The notes: a model not told the origin generated them from the sequence alone. Positions 1 through 10,706 are shown, counted from the first letter of the stretch. The stretch: 64,000 bases of DNA from Halorarum halobium (GCF_032116555.1 NZ_CP134949.1:2046001-2110000); one strand, 5' to 3'. Program-made: numbers and translations.

Positions 1-44
1 GCGGCCGTCAGCCCCGCGATGCCGCCCCCGACGATGGCAATCAT
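1..44 (-). CDS. FAD/NAD(P)-dependent oxidoreductase, N-terminal fragment (runs off window)
   Basis: Minus-strand ATG at 44 reads MIAIVGGGIAGLTA, a Rossmann GxGxxG motif. Confidence 0.7.
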   Translation of the reverse strand, partial: MIAIVGGGIAGLTA

Positions 45-151
45 GCCACGGAGTCGGCGCGGGCGGGCTAAGTCGCTTGTGGATGCTGCTCGGACAGGGC
101 GTGGTGGTCCGTGCTCTCGACTACGGTCCTCGTTCGACCGTCGCTTCCACC

Positions 152-530
152 GCCTCGAAAGCCCCCGCGGCCGTCGGCTCGGTGCGGCCGCTGTCGTTCG
201 AAAATCGAAGAGTTTCGTGATGCTGTCGGATTCCGACGGAATCCGACCGCTGACGGGAAACCGTCGGTTTCCCGTACTGACGAACGGCGCTCGCGCCCTG
301 CGGTGCTTGACGGTCCGCGCCAAATAGCTCAACCGTCCAATGCGGTCGGCGCGTGCCGACGGGCCTCCGTTCACGCGAGCGAGCCTGCGAGCGAGGGTGA
401 TCTCACGAGACCGCAGGTCTCGGGGAGTGCCCGCCGGATGCGCGCGAGGGATGAGTCGGGGAGACGAGCGAAGCGAGTCGATCGAGCGAATCGGCTGGGG
501 AGCCGAGCGCCGCGGGAGGGTTTCGAAGGG
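152..530. repeat. Palindromic intergenic element, copy A
   Basis: Terminal motif GCCTCGAAAGCCCCCGCGG with a degenerate inverted copy at ~509-527; triloop hairpins at 225-247, 253-275 and 406-422; segments shared with copies at 12.1, 31.1, 41.5 and 63.5 kb. Confidence 0.75.
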
Positions 531-676
531 TGCGGCACGATAGAGCGCCTGAACCAGAAGCCGAGAGCCGCTGGAACTTCCGGGATCACGGCACCCGAAC
601 GGAAACTGACCACCTCGGATCCGAACCATGATCGCGGCACGCTTTTCCCACCCCGAGCGAAACCACGAAGCAGTAA

Positions 677-1579
<903 letters not shown>

Positions 1580-1605
1580 GGGTCGACCCGATGCTCGCCC
1601 GACGC

Positions 1606-2700
1606 TCAGAAGTCCAGCCCGCGCGGCGCGGCCGACGGCGCGAGCGGGCTGGCAGGCAGCCGAGCGGGCACGTCGGGATCGTTGTACGCGCCCGGCGCGA
1701 CGTCGTTCGGGCCCTCGGGGTAGAACAGCGACGCGAGCAGGTGGAGGTGCGACCGGCCGACGCCGAGTTCGAACTGGCCGCCGCCGTACAGCGAGACGTC
1801 CCGCTCCGCCGCCCACTCCAGCGTCTCGAACAGCGACTCGATCGACCCGAACCGTGATGGTTTGACGTTCAGCCACCGCGGCTCGAACGGCAGCGACTCG
1901 ACGCTGTCGACGCCCGTGATGGGGTAGTCCCACGAGACGCGGCCCTCCTCGCCCTCGAAGACCGGGCGCGTCTCGTCGGTGAGGTTCGGGTCCTCCAGGA
2001 CGGCGTCCGGGAACGCCTCGGCGACGCGCCGGTAGAACCCCGCGTCGGGCTCCTGATCCACCTCCGTCCCCTCGTACAGACCCTTCAGGTCGAGAATCTT
2101 CACCCGCTCTGCGGGCAACCCCTCGAACACCTCGTCGGGCCAGTCGCTCGTCGGGTCGAGCTTGAACTCGATGCCCGGCACGCGCTCCGAGAGCTCCCTC
2201 ACACGGTCGACCGTCGGCGGGTCGCCAAGCCGCGTCGAAGCGACGAACCGGACCGGGTCGCGCTCGCGGCCGAGCGCGCTCGCGAGGTCGGTGTCGGCCT
2301 GCCGCAACGCCAGGTCGAGCGCCGCGCTCTCGACGGCCCAGCGACGGTACGGCTTCGCCGTCTTCCGCTCGGGGTCGCCCCGCGGGAACAGCGCGACCGA
2401 GTCGAGGTGCTCCGAGAACGACGAGACCGTCCACTCGCCGAGGAGCGCCGAGAAGTCGGCCGCCGCGTCGCCGGCGGCGGGCACCGCCGTTCCGGTCGCG
2501 GCCGCCGGGTCGTCGTACAGGGCGTCGTGGTCGGGCGCGTCGTAGCCGACGTCCTCGCCCCGACCGAGTTCCCCGTTCCCGCGGAGCCGGAACGTGGTCG
2601 AGACGCGCTCGAACCCGGACGAGGTGTCGCGGGCGCGGCGGAACAGGGCGACCGAGTCGATGGCGACCGGGAGGTCGGCGATCGCGTCGTACAGCGTCAT
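1606..2700 (-). CDS. Enolase-superfamily-like hypothetical protein
   Basis: FKLD, EDP, SWD and NVKPSRFG motifs in an acidic 364-aa ORF. Confidence 0.65.
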   Translation of the reverse strand: MTLYDAIADLPVAIDSVALFRRARDTSSGFERVSTTFRLRGNGELGRGEDVGYDAPDHDALYDDPAAATGTAVPAAGDAAADFSALLGEWTVSSFSEHLDSVALFPRGDPERKTAKPYRRWAVESAALDLALRQADTDLASALGRERDPVRFVASTRLGDPPTVDRVRELSERVPGIEFKLDPTSDWPDEVFEGLPAERVKILDLKGLYEGTEVDQEPDAGFYRRVAEAFPDAVLEDPNLTDETRPVFEGEEGRVSWDYPITGVDSVESLPFEPRWLNVKPSRFGSIESLFETLEWAAERDVSLYGGGQFELGVGRSHLHLLASLFYPEGPNDVAPGAYNDPDVPARLPASPLAPSAAPRGLDF

Positions 2701-2771
2701 ACCGGCCCCAGGTTCGCCTCCCCCTTAATCGGGTCCCCCGATCCGTGATGGCGACGCCGGCCGACCCACGC

Positions 2772-3536
2772 TCAGTCCAGTTCGCCGGCCCGCCTCTTCG
2801 CGCGCCACGTCGCCAGCGCGAGCGCCGTCCCGGTTACGGTGAGCGCGACCGCGCCGGCGGCCGCGACGAGGTGGATCTCCGGCGGGTGGGTGTAGCCGCC
2901 GAGCGCGGCGTCGTACGTCTGGCCGGGGATGAACGTGTGGTGTGGCGTGCCGACGATGGGGACGAAGTAGTCGACCAGGTCATTGAGTCCGTACCAGACG
3001 ACCGCGACGGCGATGGGCCCGATCGGGAACTCCGAGACGCGGTGGAGGAGGAACGCCTGCACCACCATCGCCAGGTGTGAGAAGAACAGGAACAGGTACA
3101 TCGGGACCGTGGTCCCGGCCAGGAAGCCGTCCGAGAACGCGAGCAGGACGAACGGCGTCCAGAACCCCAGCTTCCAGCAGCCGAAGAAGGCGAGCACGTT
3201 CCAGTACTCGCTCGGCCTGCCGAGCCACCACAGCCCCAGCGCGACGGCGATGAACAGCGTCGCCACCGGGCTGTCGGGCACGAACGCCCACATGACGGTC
3301 GGCGTCGCGGCGAACTGTCCGGTAAAGAGCGGGTCCGAGAGCGGGACCGGGTGGAAGCCGTAGTACCAGAAGCCGAACGCGGTCCCCACGAGGTTGACGA
3401 GCGCGATGACGCCGGCGAGCCGGAGCCCGAAGTTCTCCAGCCAGCGCGGGAGCGGGGCGACGTACCACGGCAGGTCGTCCGGTTCGGGCAACCCGTCCGC
3501 GTCGAACAGCGACCGGACGTCGGCGGTGGAGACCAT
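2772..3536 (-). CDS. DUF1405-family membrane protein
   Basis: Multiple TM segments, PDSP and KLGFWT motifs. Confidence 0.75.
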   Translation of the reverse strand: MVSTADVRSLFDADGLPEPDDLPWYVAPLPRWLENFGLRLAGVIALVNLVGTAFGFWYYGFHPVPLSDPLFTGQFAATPTVMWAFVPDSPVATLFIAVALGLWWLGRPSEYWNVLAFFGCWKLGFWTPFVLLAFSDGFLAGTTVPMYLFLFFSHLAMVVQAFLLHRVSEFPIGPIAVAVVWYGLNDLVDYFVPIVGTPHHTFIPGQTYDAALGGYTHPPEIHLVAAAGAVALTVTGTALALATWRAKRRAGELD

Positions 3537-3680
3537 GCGGAGTCAGCGTGAGCGAGGGCCCGACCCGACATAGCGGTGGCGGTCCCCGGCCGATCGGCCG
3601 CTCGCAGGGCCGACGAGGACGAGTCGAGGAAAGCCAGCCCAACCGGGAGGGCTATCCCACCCCCGTCCGAACCGGCGGGC

Positions 3681-4385
3681 GTGCCACCGGAGGAGTCGTC
3701 GGACGGGGAGCGATCGAGGGGGCCGATCCCGCGAAAGCTGGCCGAGTTCTACCTCACGACGCCGTGGACGGTCGTGCTGTTGCTCGTCGCGAACGCGTTC
3801 GCGTTCCTGATCGGCGTCCGGTACTACGTCGAGACGATGACGCCGGTCCCGACGTACGCGTGGCCGCTGTACGGCGACTCTCCCACTGCCATCGCGCTCG
3901 GGACGCTCGTGCTCGCCGCCGTGGTGCCGTTCGCGGGCCGCCGTCTGGTCGACGTGCCCCGAAACTACCTGCTCGACGGCCTCGTCACGCTCGCGGTCGT
4001 CTGGCTTCTCAAGATGGGACTGTGGACGTTCCTCGCGCTGAACGTCCCGCTCGTCCGTCCGGACCTCCCGGTCGACCTCTACGTCGGGTTCGGGCCGGAC
4101 TCGCTGTGGGCCTACTGGGGCATCCTCCTCACCCACTTCGCGTTCCTGCTCTGGGCCGGCGTGCTCGCGCACGTCGGTCGGACCAGCAGGCGGACGCTCG
4201 CCGCCGCCCTCGTGCTCGCGCTCGTGAACGACGTCTTCGACTACGGTTTCCTGCTGGGCCTCCCGCTCTCGAACTACCCGCCAGTCCGGTACGAGCCCGG
4301 CTGGCTGCTCGCGGCCGCGACGGTGGGCATCTCGTTCCTCTCGGTCGCCGTCGCGGCGCGGCTGCTCCCGCGCGTCGAGCCGTAG
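3681..4385 (+). CDS. DUF1405-family membrane protein (divergent paralogue; start uncertain, 3576 or 3681)
   Basis: GDSP, KMGLWT and NDVFDY motifs parallel those of the neighbouring gene. Confidence 0.7.
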   Translation: MPPEESSDGERSRGPIPRKLAEFYLTTPWTVVLLLVANAFAFLIGVRYYVETMTPVPTYAWPLYGDSPTAIALGTLVLAAVVPFAGRRLVDVPRNYLLDGLVTLAVVWLLKMGLWTFLALNVPLVRPDLPVDLYVGFGPDSLWAYWGILLTHFAFLLWAGVLAHVGRTSRRTLAAALVLALVNDVFDYGFLLGLPLSNYPPVRYEPGWLLAAATVGISFLSVAVAARLLPRVEP

Positions 4386-4496
4386 TTCTCGGTGCGGAGT
4401 CGTAGTCCTCCGGCGGACTCGGAGGGCAAACGTGCGGTCGACCGGCGTCCGTGCGGACGAACGCCTTTTATGTACCCGGTCGCTTACCTCACGTGT

Positions 4497-5165
4497 ATGG
4501 ACTCCGCGGTACTTCTGGATCTCCTCGGCAACGAGAACCGCCGGCGCATCCTCCGGCTGCTCTCGCACAAATCCTGCTACGTGACCGAGATATCCGAGTA
4601 CCTCAGCGTCTCGCCGAAGGCCGTCATCGACCACCTGCGGAAGCTGGAGGAGGCCGGCCTCGTCGAGAGCCACACCGACGACCGCCGACGGAAGTACTTC
4701 CACATCGCCCGCGACATCCGGCTCGAAGTGAGCGTCTCACGTCACGGCTTCGGGGCCAAGAGCGCCTACCCCGCGAACCCGAGCCTCGACATCACCGGTC
4801 GCTGTCCCCACATGCGGATCGACGACGACGTGCCGGGCGAACCGCCGACCGAGAACGACGACCTCGCGGAGCTCGCGGCCGAGTTCGACCGGCTCCAGCA
4901 GCTCGAAAACGAGCTCTCGCTCGCACAGCGCTGGGTCCACGGCCGGATCGCGGAGACGCTCGACCGGGTGAACGACCGGCTGGGCGTCGAGGCCGACTCG
5001 CGCTTCTTCGCCGAGTTGCTCGCGGCGGTGGTGGCGACGGACGGCTCGAAGGCAGCCGTCGCCGACGAGGTGAGCGCCGACGAGGAGACGGTCGAGGAGG
5101 GACTGCGACAGCTGACCGAGGGCGGACTGTTGCAAAACAGCGGCGGCTCCTGGGCGCTCGCCTGA
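4497..5165 (+). CDS. ArsR-family transcriptional regulator
   Basis: MDSAVLLDLLGNENRRRILRLL...HLRKLEEAGLV wHTH; TTTTAT TATA-like box ~30 nt upstream. Confidence 0.85.
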   Translation: MDSAVLLDLLGNENRRRILRLLSHKSCYVTEISEYLSVSPKAVIDHLRKLEEAGLVESHTDDRRRKYFHIARDIRLEVSVSRHGFGAKSAYPANPSLDITGRCPHMRIDDDVPGEPPTENDDLAELAAEFDRLQQLENELSLAQRWVHGRIAETLDRVNDRLGVEADSRFFAELLAAVVATDGSKAAVADEVSADEETVEEGLRQLTEGGLLQNSGGSWALA

Positions 5166-5182
5166 GTTCGCCCGGGTCCGGG

Positions 5183-5722
5183 CTAGACGTCCCGCGTCAG
5201 CCCGTCGCGCAGGTCACGGCCGAAGTAGTAGCCGGTGAGCGACAGCAGCAGGCCGACACCGACGCCGACGCCCACCCCGGCCGCCGCGCCGGTGAGGCCG
5301 AGTTCCGCGACGAGGTTCGTGCCGAGCAGCAGGCTGCCGCTCGTGAAGAGGCTGAGCAGGAACACGCCCGTCGCCGAGAGCGCCCCGGCCAGGCCGACCT
5401 CCAGATACGCGCGGCGCGACCTGAGCAGCCCCAGGCCGAACGTGGCGACCACGAGCCCGAGATAGCGCGTCAGCCCGCCCACCAGCGGCACCGCGCCCCC
5501 GACGACGAGGCCGCCGACACAGACGACCAGCGAGAGGAGGAACCCGCGGAGCGAGACCGGCGAGCGGCCGAGCAGCCCCCCGCGGCCTCGTGAGGAGTCC
5601 GCGGCCGTCGAGGAGGCGTTCTCGTCGCTCGTGTCGCCTCTCTCGCCCGCGTCGTCGCCGGCGTCCCCGTCGCCGACGTCACGTTCGGCGAGGTCCTGGA
5701 GTTCCTCGACGCTCTTTCCCAT
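5183..5722 (-). CDS. Hypothetical membrane protein
   Basis: ATG at 5722 (MGKSVEELQD), acidic N-terminus, about four TM helices, C-terminal GRDLRDGLTRDV. Confidence 0.7.
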   Translation of the reverse strand: MGKSVEELQDLAERDVGDGDAGDDAGERGDTSDENASSTAADSSRGRGGLLGRSPVSLRGFLLSLVVCVGGLVVGGAVPLVGGLTRYLGLVVATFGLGLLRSRRAYLEVGLAGALSATGVFLLSLFTSGSLLLGTNLVAELGLTGAAAGVGVGVGVGLLLSLTGYYFGRDLRDGLTRDV

Positions 5723-5978
5723 GGTCGCGTGTGGGTCGGCTGGGGGCATGATTCTTGTGTCGGGCTTGTCGGTGGTGTGTCGGTGAGGGTTTTGGGTCGT
5801 CCTGGCTGTTGGCTTCCGTGTTGGGTGAACCGTCCCTTCCATGCCTCGAAAGCCGAGACAAGACCGAACACGATGCTGGAGACGATCCCAAGCGTAACAG
5901 CCGAGCCGGTCGCGCCGTTCGATCCGTCGACACGGACCCGCCACGCCGTTTATACCCCATCCGCCCCTATCGCCGGGC

Positions 5979-6137
5979 ATGCCCGCCACGAAGGAAGTCA
6001 AGTGTACCAGCGGCGACTGCGAACTCGACATGTTCGAGAACCACTACACGTACGACGTCGCCGAGGACCACTCCGTCTCGGACCTGTCGTGCCCCCTCTG
6101 TGGCGAGACGGACTCGCTCGAGGTCATCGAACTATGA
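5979..6137 (+). CDS. Small CPxCG-type zinc-finger protein (52 aa, not in ORF track)
   Basis: MPATKEVKCTSGDCELDMFENHYTYDVAEDHSVSDLSCPLCGETDSLEVIEL*; TTTATA box ~25 nt upstream; ATGA overlap with next gene. Confidence 0.85.
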   Translation: MPATKEVKCTSGDCELDMFENHYTYDVAEDHSVSDLSCPLCGETDSLEVIEL

Positions 6138-6724
6138 GCGAGCAGACCGACCGAGCGCGCGACCTGAAGGAGGTCGGAAAGTCCGCCGTCAGCACCGTCC
6201 TCGACCGCGTCGGGCGGGGCGTGGGCAAGGTGCAAGAACGGACGCCGCTGCCCTACGACCTGCTCGAATCCGAGGACGCCTACCTCGTGGTGTTCGACGC
6301 GCCCGGCGCCACGCGGAGCGACATCCAGGTGCGGTTCAACGAGGGCGCAGTCGAGGTGCGCGTGGACCGCTTCCGCGACTTCCACGAGGGGTTCGAAATG
6401 CGCTTCCCCGGTCGGGGGCTGGCGCTCGACGGTCGGGCGACGCTCCCCGCCCACGCGTCGGTCGACGCCCGCGGTGCCGAGGCGACGCTGACCGACGAGG
6501 GGACGCTCCAGGTCCGAGTGCCCAAGACGGAACTGGAGTCGGCGACGAGCGTCACCATCGACGACGAGGAATCCGAGGCCGAGGACGTCGCCTCGGAACC
6601 CGATGAAGCCGCTTCGGAACCTGAAGAATTCGAAGCGGGGACGGAAGACGAGGAAGCTTCGAACGAGGCCGGACTCGCGGACGACGGAGACGCGGGCGGC
6701 GGAGACGCTGACGACGAGGAGTAG
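6134..6724 (+). CDS. Hsp20/alpha-crystallin family protein
   Basis: DLLESEDAYLVVFDAPG...A.L..GTLQVRVPK alpha-crystallin signature; acidic tail. Confidence 0.85.
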   Translation: MSEQTDRARDLKEVGKSAVSTVLDRVGRGVGKVQERTPLPYDLLESEDAYLVVFDAPGATRSDIQVRFNEGAVEVRVDRFRDFHEGFEMRFPGRGLALDGRATLPAHASVDARGAEATLTDEGTLQVRVPKTELESATSVTIDDEESEAEDVASEPDEAASEPEEFEAGTEDEEASNEAGLADDGDAGGGDADDEE

Positions 6725-7846
6725 TTACGACCCGTCCCGCTCGACGGCCATTCCTTCCCGAATCTCGAACTCCTCCCCGCCGGAGAACCGGCCGGGATCG
6801 AACGCCGGGACCCCGTCCGAGTCGCCGAGCACCTGTGCGGCGATTTCTTCGCCCGTGGCCGGCGCGCGCATGAAGCCGTGGCCCTGCCAGCCGGCGGCGA
6901 CGTAGAGGTCCTCGCGGAGTTCACCGAGCAGCGGATCGCCGTCCGGCGTCGCGGTGCAGAGTCCCGCCCAGGCGCGCTCGACCTCCTGGTCGTACCCGGC
7001 CCGGGTGCGGAGCGCATCCCCGAGGTCCTCGAGGAACCAGCCGTCCGCGTCCCGGTCCCACTCCGCCGGGTCGGACTCCACGGGCACCGTCCCGTCGCCG
7101 CCGAGCAGCCCCGTCGGGTGCGGCCGAAAGTAGACGCCGGCGGTCGCGTCGTAGCACATCGGCCCGTCGTACGCGACCGACGAGGTGAGCGCCTGCACGC
7201 GATACGGTTTCACCGGGACGTCGACGTCCGCGTCGGCGAGGACCCGCTTGGTGTGCGCGCCGGTGGCGACGAGCACGGCGTCGTAGTCGGTACACGCGCC
7301 GTCCTCGGCCTCGATTCCCGGCCCGTCCGGATCGACCGCGACCGGCTCGTTCGCGCGGAGTTCGACCCCCGCCCCCGTGGCCCGGTCCGTCATCATCCCC
7401 ACGTAGGACGCGGGGTCCGTCCAGCCGGCGTTCCCCGCGACCGCCGCGGCGGCGACGTCGTCGGTCCGGAGCGCGGGGAACCGCTCGGCGAGTTCGTCGG
7501 GCGCGACGGCGTCGACCGGCCGACCGTGGGCACGCATCCGGGCGGCGCTCCTGGGGATCGCATCCGCGACCTCGTCGTCACCCTCCCGCGCGAGGAACAC
7601 GTACGGACACTCGTGGAACTCGAATCCGCCGGTGCCCGAGAACTCCCGAAAGCGCTCCATCGAGCGCGCGCCCAGTTCGGCGTCGACGTCCTCCGCGTAG
7701 GCGTCGTACAGCACGCCGGCGGCCCGGCCCGACGACCCCGAACCCGGTTCGTCGCGGTCGTACAGCGTCACCGACGCGCCGGCCGCGGCGAGGTCGTGGG
7801 CGGCCGTGACGCCCACCGCGCCGGCGCCGACGACGGCGACGTTCAC
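6725..7846 (-). CDS. FAD-dependent oxidoreductase (DAO/sarcosine-oxidase-like)
   Basis: VVGAGAVG, GSSGRAAG, TPDGDPLLG and GHGFMRAPATG motifs. Confidence 0.85.
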   Translation of the reverse strand: MNVAVVGAGAVGVTAAHDLAAAGASVTLYDRDEPGSGSSGRAAGVLYDAYAEDVDAELGARSMERFREFSGTGGFEFHECPYVFLAREGDDEVADAIPRSAARMRAHGRPVDAVAPDELAERFPALRTDDVAAAAVAGNAGWTDPASYVGMMTDRATGAGVELRANEPVAVDPDGPGIEAEDGACTDYDAVLVATGAHTKRVLADADVDVPVKPYRVQALTSSVAYDGPMCYDATAGVYFRPHPTGLLGGDGTVPVESDPAEWDRDADGWFLEDLGDALRTRAGYDQEVERAWAGLCTATPDGDPLLGELREDLYVAAGWQGHGFMRAPATGEEIAAQVLGDSDGVPAFDPGRFSGGEEFEIREGMAVERDGS

Positions 7847-7880
7847 CGTCCCGTCCTCCGACCCGGCGTGTCCGGCCGAC

Positions 7881-8648
7881 TCATCGGTGCGGTTCGGGCA
7901 ACAGCGCGTCGAACGGTCGTTCCGCGAGCCAGCCGACGAGCGCGTCCAGTTCGCTCACGGACTGCTCGTACAGCTTCCGGCCCTTCTCGGCGGTGCCCTC
8001 GGTCGGGCGACCGACCGCGCCCGACTCGGTGAAGTCCGCGGCGTCGAAGCCGACCCGCGCGCCGTGGACCGTCTCCCCCCACGAGTCCGCAGCGCCCTCC
8101 TCGGCGTCCCGAAGCGCCGACTCCCGGACGAGCTCCTCGGCCAGGTGGGCGATCATCGCGGTCTCCATCGCGTCGGCGTGGCCGATGCCCGACTGGTCGA
8201 ACAGCTCCTCGTCGAGGCCGTCGAGGCTCGACCACCAGTTCCAGGGCGCGGCGAACGCGACGCGCTCGTCACGGAGCCGGCGGGCCGCACGCGAGAGCGC
8301 GTCCGCGTTGCCGCCGTGGCCGTTGGCGACGACGAGCTTTCGGACGCCGTGGCTCGCGACGGAGGCGAGGATCTCGCCGACGTAGTCCTCGAACGTCTCG
8401 GGTTCGGCCCAGAGCGTCCCGTCGAACTGCCGGTGGTGGGCCGAGACGCCGACCGGAACCGTCGGGAGGACGACGGCGTCCTCGCGGTCGAGCCCGCGCG
8501 CGACGGCCTCCGCGGCGAGGAAGTCGGTGCCCAGCGGGAGCGCGGGGCCGTGCTGTTCGACCGAGCCGGTGGGGAGGACGGCGACCTCGACCTCGTCCTC
8601 GAACAGGTCGCCCGCCTCCGTGGTCGTCCGCTCGTGCAGGAGTCGCAT
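7881..8648 (-). CDS. Creatininase-family amidohydrolase
   Basis: PTGSVEQHGPALPLGTD, NGHGGN and GHADAMET motifs. Confidence 0.9.
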   Translation of the reverse strand: MRLLHERTTTEAGDLFEDEVEVAVLPTGSVEQHGPALPLGTDFLAAEAVARGLDREDAVVLPTVPVGVSAHHRQFDGTLWAEPETFEDYVGEILASVASHGVRKLVVANGHGGNADALSRAARRLRDERVAFAAPWNWWSSLDGLDEELFDQSGIGHADAMETAMIAHLAEELVRESALRDAEEGAADSWGETVHGARVGFDAADFTESGAVGRPTEGTAEKGRKLYEQSVSELDALVGWLAERPFDALLPEPHR

Positions 8649-8683
8649 GTCCGAGCCTCCGCGGGGAGCCACTTAGCCGGTCG

Positions 8684-8731
8684 GGTGGTGGTTGGTCGCG
8701 GTGGTGGTTGGTCGCGGTGGTGGTTGGTCGC
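8684..8731. repeat. Perfect tandem repeat, 3 x 16 bp (GGTGGTGGTTGGTCGC)
   Basis: Three exact consecutive units at 8684, 8700 and 8716. Confidence 0.95.
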
Positions 8732-8749
8732 GGGAGAACCGACCGGCCG

Positions 8750-8870
8750 GCCGCGGCGAGCGCGCGCGAAGAGTACGGGATAGTTTCCCGAGCGAGCCTG
8801 CGAGTGAAGGTGCGTACCGAGGAACCGCCCGAGTGAAGGGTGAAGCCGCGGTTCGTCGTCGGACGGGACC
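8750..8870. repeat. Degenerate fragment of the palindromic intergenic element (copy B)
   Basis: Shares CGAGCGAGCCTGCGAG with copy A (376-391); non-coding. Confidence 0.4.
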
Positions 8871-8941
8871 GAACGGGGCTGCCGTGTCGTGTCGGCGTCC
8901 GCGGGGACTACCTCCGCCCGCACTCGTCCGAGGGGTAGCGA

Positions 8942-9184
8942 TCAGTCCCGCCCGACGAGCACGTACAGCAGCGCCACCGCCGGCGCGCCGACGATCCACG
9001 CGAACAGGCCGGCGATCACCGTCGCGATCGCCCAGACGATCGCGCTGTCGTTGCCACGCGCCGTCGCGTCCTGATACACCCAGTAGGCGACGCCGATCGG
9101 GATGAGGAGCCCGAAGACGCCGAACATGAGGAAGATGATGAGCAGTTCCGGGCCGCCGGGGATCGCACCGAAGAGGGGAACCAT
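8942..9184 (-). CDS. Small membrane protein (80 aa)
   Basis: MVPLFGAIPGGPELLII...VYQDATARGNDSAIVWA; paralogous to 9438-9662. Confidence 0.75.
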   Translation of the reverse strand: MVPLFGAIPGGPELLIIFLMFGVFGLLIPIGVAYWVYQDATARGNDSAIVWAIATVIAGLFAWIVGAPAVALLYVLVGRD

Positions 9185-9437
9185 GTCAGGACCGTGCCAC
9201 GGCCTCCCCATCAACGTTACCGTTCGATCCCGTCCTCGTCCCGACCGCCCACGGCCGGCGACGACGTGGAGAGTTCCGACCACGAACCCGGAGAGGATCG
9301 AGCCGAGTCCGGCGACGCGGACAGCCGGGACGAGCCTGAACGGCAACTCGGTCGCGAGCGTTCCGCCGCCGAGCAGCGCGCCGAAGAGCGGGACCACGGT
9401 CGCTCGCCCCGCCGACCGGACGAAATCGGGCGGTGGG

Positions 9438-9662
9438 CTACCGCCTGACGACGACGAGGTAGTAGATCACGTACGCGACGAGGAACCCGACGAGCGAGAG
9501 CAGCAGCGACGCGACGGCCATGCCCACCGCCCACAGCGCCGCGTTGTCGGTCCGCCTGCTCGCGTCGCGGTAGATGAAGTAGCCGACGACGAGCGCGATG
9601 ACCACGTTGAACACGAGCAACTCCACGCCGCCGGGAATCTGCAGCATCGCGCCGGTGAGCAT
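9438..9662 (-). CDS. Small membrane protein (74 aa)
   Basis: QIPGGVELLV...IYRDASRRTDNAALWA; hydrophobic. Confidence 0.75.
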   Translation of the reverse strand: MLTGAMLQIPGGVELLVFNVVIALVVGYFIYRDASRRTDNAALWAVGMAVASLLLSLVGFLVAYVIYYLVVVRR

Positions 9663-9734
9663 GGTCGTGTCCTCGGCCGGCCGACGGAAATAGTCGGTGG
9701 CCGAGGGGACCGCGTCGGGCCGGCTTAGCCGGTC

Positions 9735-10706
9735 TCAGTCCAGGACCGTCGCGGGGTCGGTCAGGTCGGCGCTCATCACGAAGTCCGGTTCCCCCGAGAC
9801 GGGGAAGCGGGCGGCGGCGACGTCGCTCACCCAGCGGGCACCCTCCGGGATCAGGACGCGGGTGTTGTCCAGGCCCGCCTCGCCCGCGTCGCGTGCGACC
9901 GCCCGGAGGATCGCCCCGGCCGCCGCGGGCGTCTCCCACGCGCCGACGCCGTAGATTCCCCAGGTCTCGACCTCGCCGTCGTCGGTCTCGCGTTCGTAGT
10001 CGTACGCGCGGTAGCTGAACCCGCGCGTGCCGCCCTCGTCCCGCGCGACGAACAGTCGGTCGTCCTCGGCCGCCGCGCGGAGTTGCTCGCGGCGCAGTTC
10101 CGAGCAGGCCCAGGACTCGTTCGCGTCCATCGCCAGCCCGCGGAGGTGCGTGCGGGCGTCGCTGTCGGTCCACCAGGCCCACGCGGCCGCGGGGTCCGCA
10201 GTCACCTCGACGTCGGGCGTTCCGCCTCCCTTGGGGGTCGCGTCCGGGTCGGGGTCCGGCTGTGCCCAGCGGAACTCGGTCGCCGGCCTGAAGCCGACCG
10301 CGCGCGACTGGCCGAGGCCGGCGACGTTCCACGAGAACACCATGTTCCGGCAGACCGCCGCGCCCCGCTCGCGCGCCCAGTCCATGAGCGCGGCCGAGAG
10401 CGACGGGGAGAGCCCCTCGCCGCGGTAGTCCGGGTTGACGCGCATCCCCTGGGCCCACGCCTCGGTGTCGGTGAGCATGGCGCCCTGGATGACGCCGGCG
10501 ACGTCGTCGCCGTCGTCGACGTCGATGACGAACGTGCGCTGGTCGGGGCCGTCGGTCTCCACCCAGTGGCCGAACACGTCCGGGAGGTAGTCGCCGTGCC
10601 GGTCGCCCCAGGTGTCCCGCGTGAACGAGACGACCGCGGCCTCGTCGTCGGCCCTGGCCTGCCGGACGACGAACTCGCGGTTCGGCGTCCGGTCGCTCAC
10701 GCCCAT
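9735..10706 (-). CDS. GNAT-family N-acetyltransferase (start 10706 ATG or 10700 GTG)
   Basis: GMRVNPDYRGEGLS acetyl-CoA motif; overlaps the gatD stop. Confidence 0.85.
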   Translation of the reverse strand: MGVSDRTPNREFVVRQARADDEAAVVSFTRDTWGDRHGDYLPDVFGHWVETDGPDQRTFVIDVDDGDDVAGVIQGAMLTDTEAWAQGMRVNPDYRGEGLSPSLSAALMDWARERGAAVCRNMVFSWNVAGLGQSRAVGFRPATEFRWAQPDPDPDATPKGGGTPDVEVTADPAAAWAWWTDSDARTHLRGLAMDANESWACSELRREQLRAAAEDDRLFVARDEGGTRGFSYRAYDYERETDDGEVETWGIYGVGAWETPAAAGAILRAVARDAGEAGLDNTRVLIPEGARWVSDVAAARFPVSGEPDFVMSADLTDPATVLD

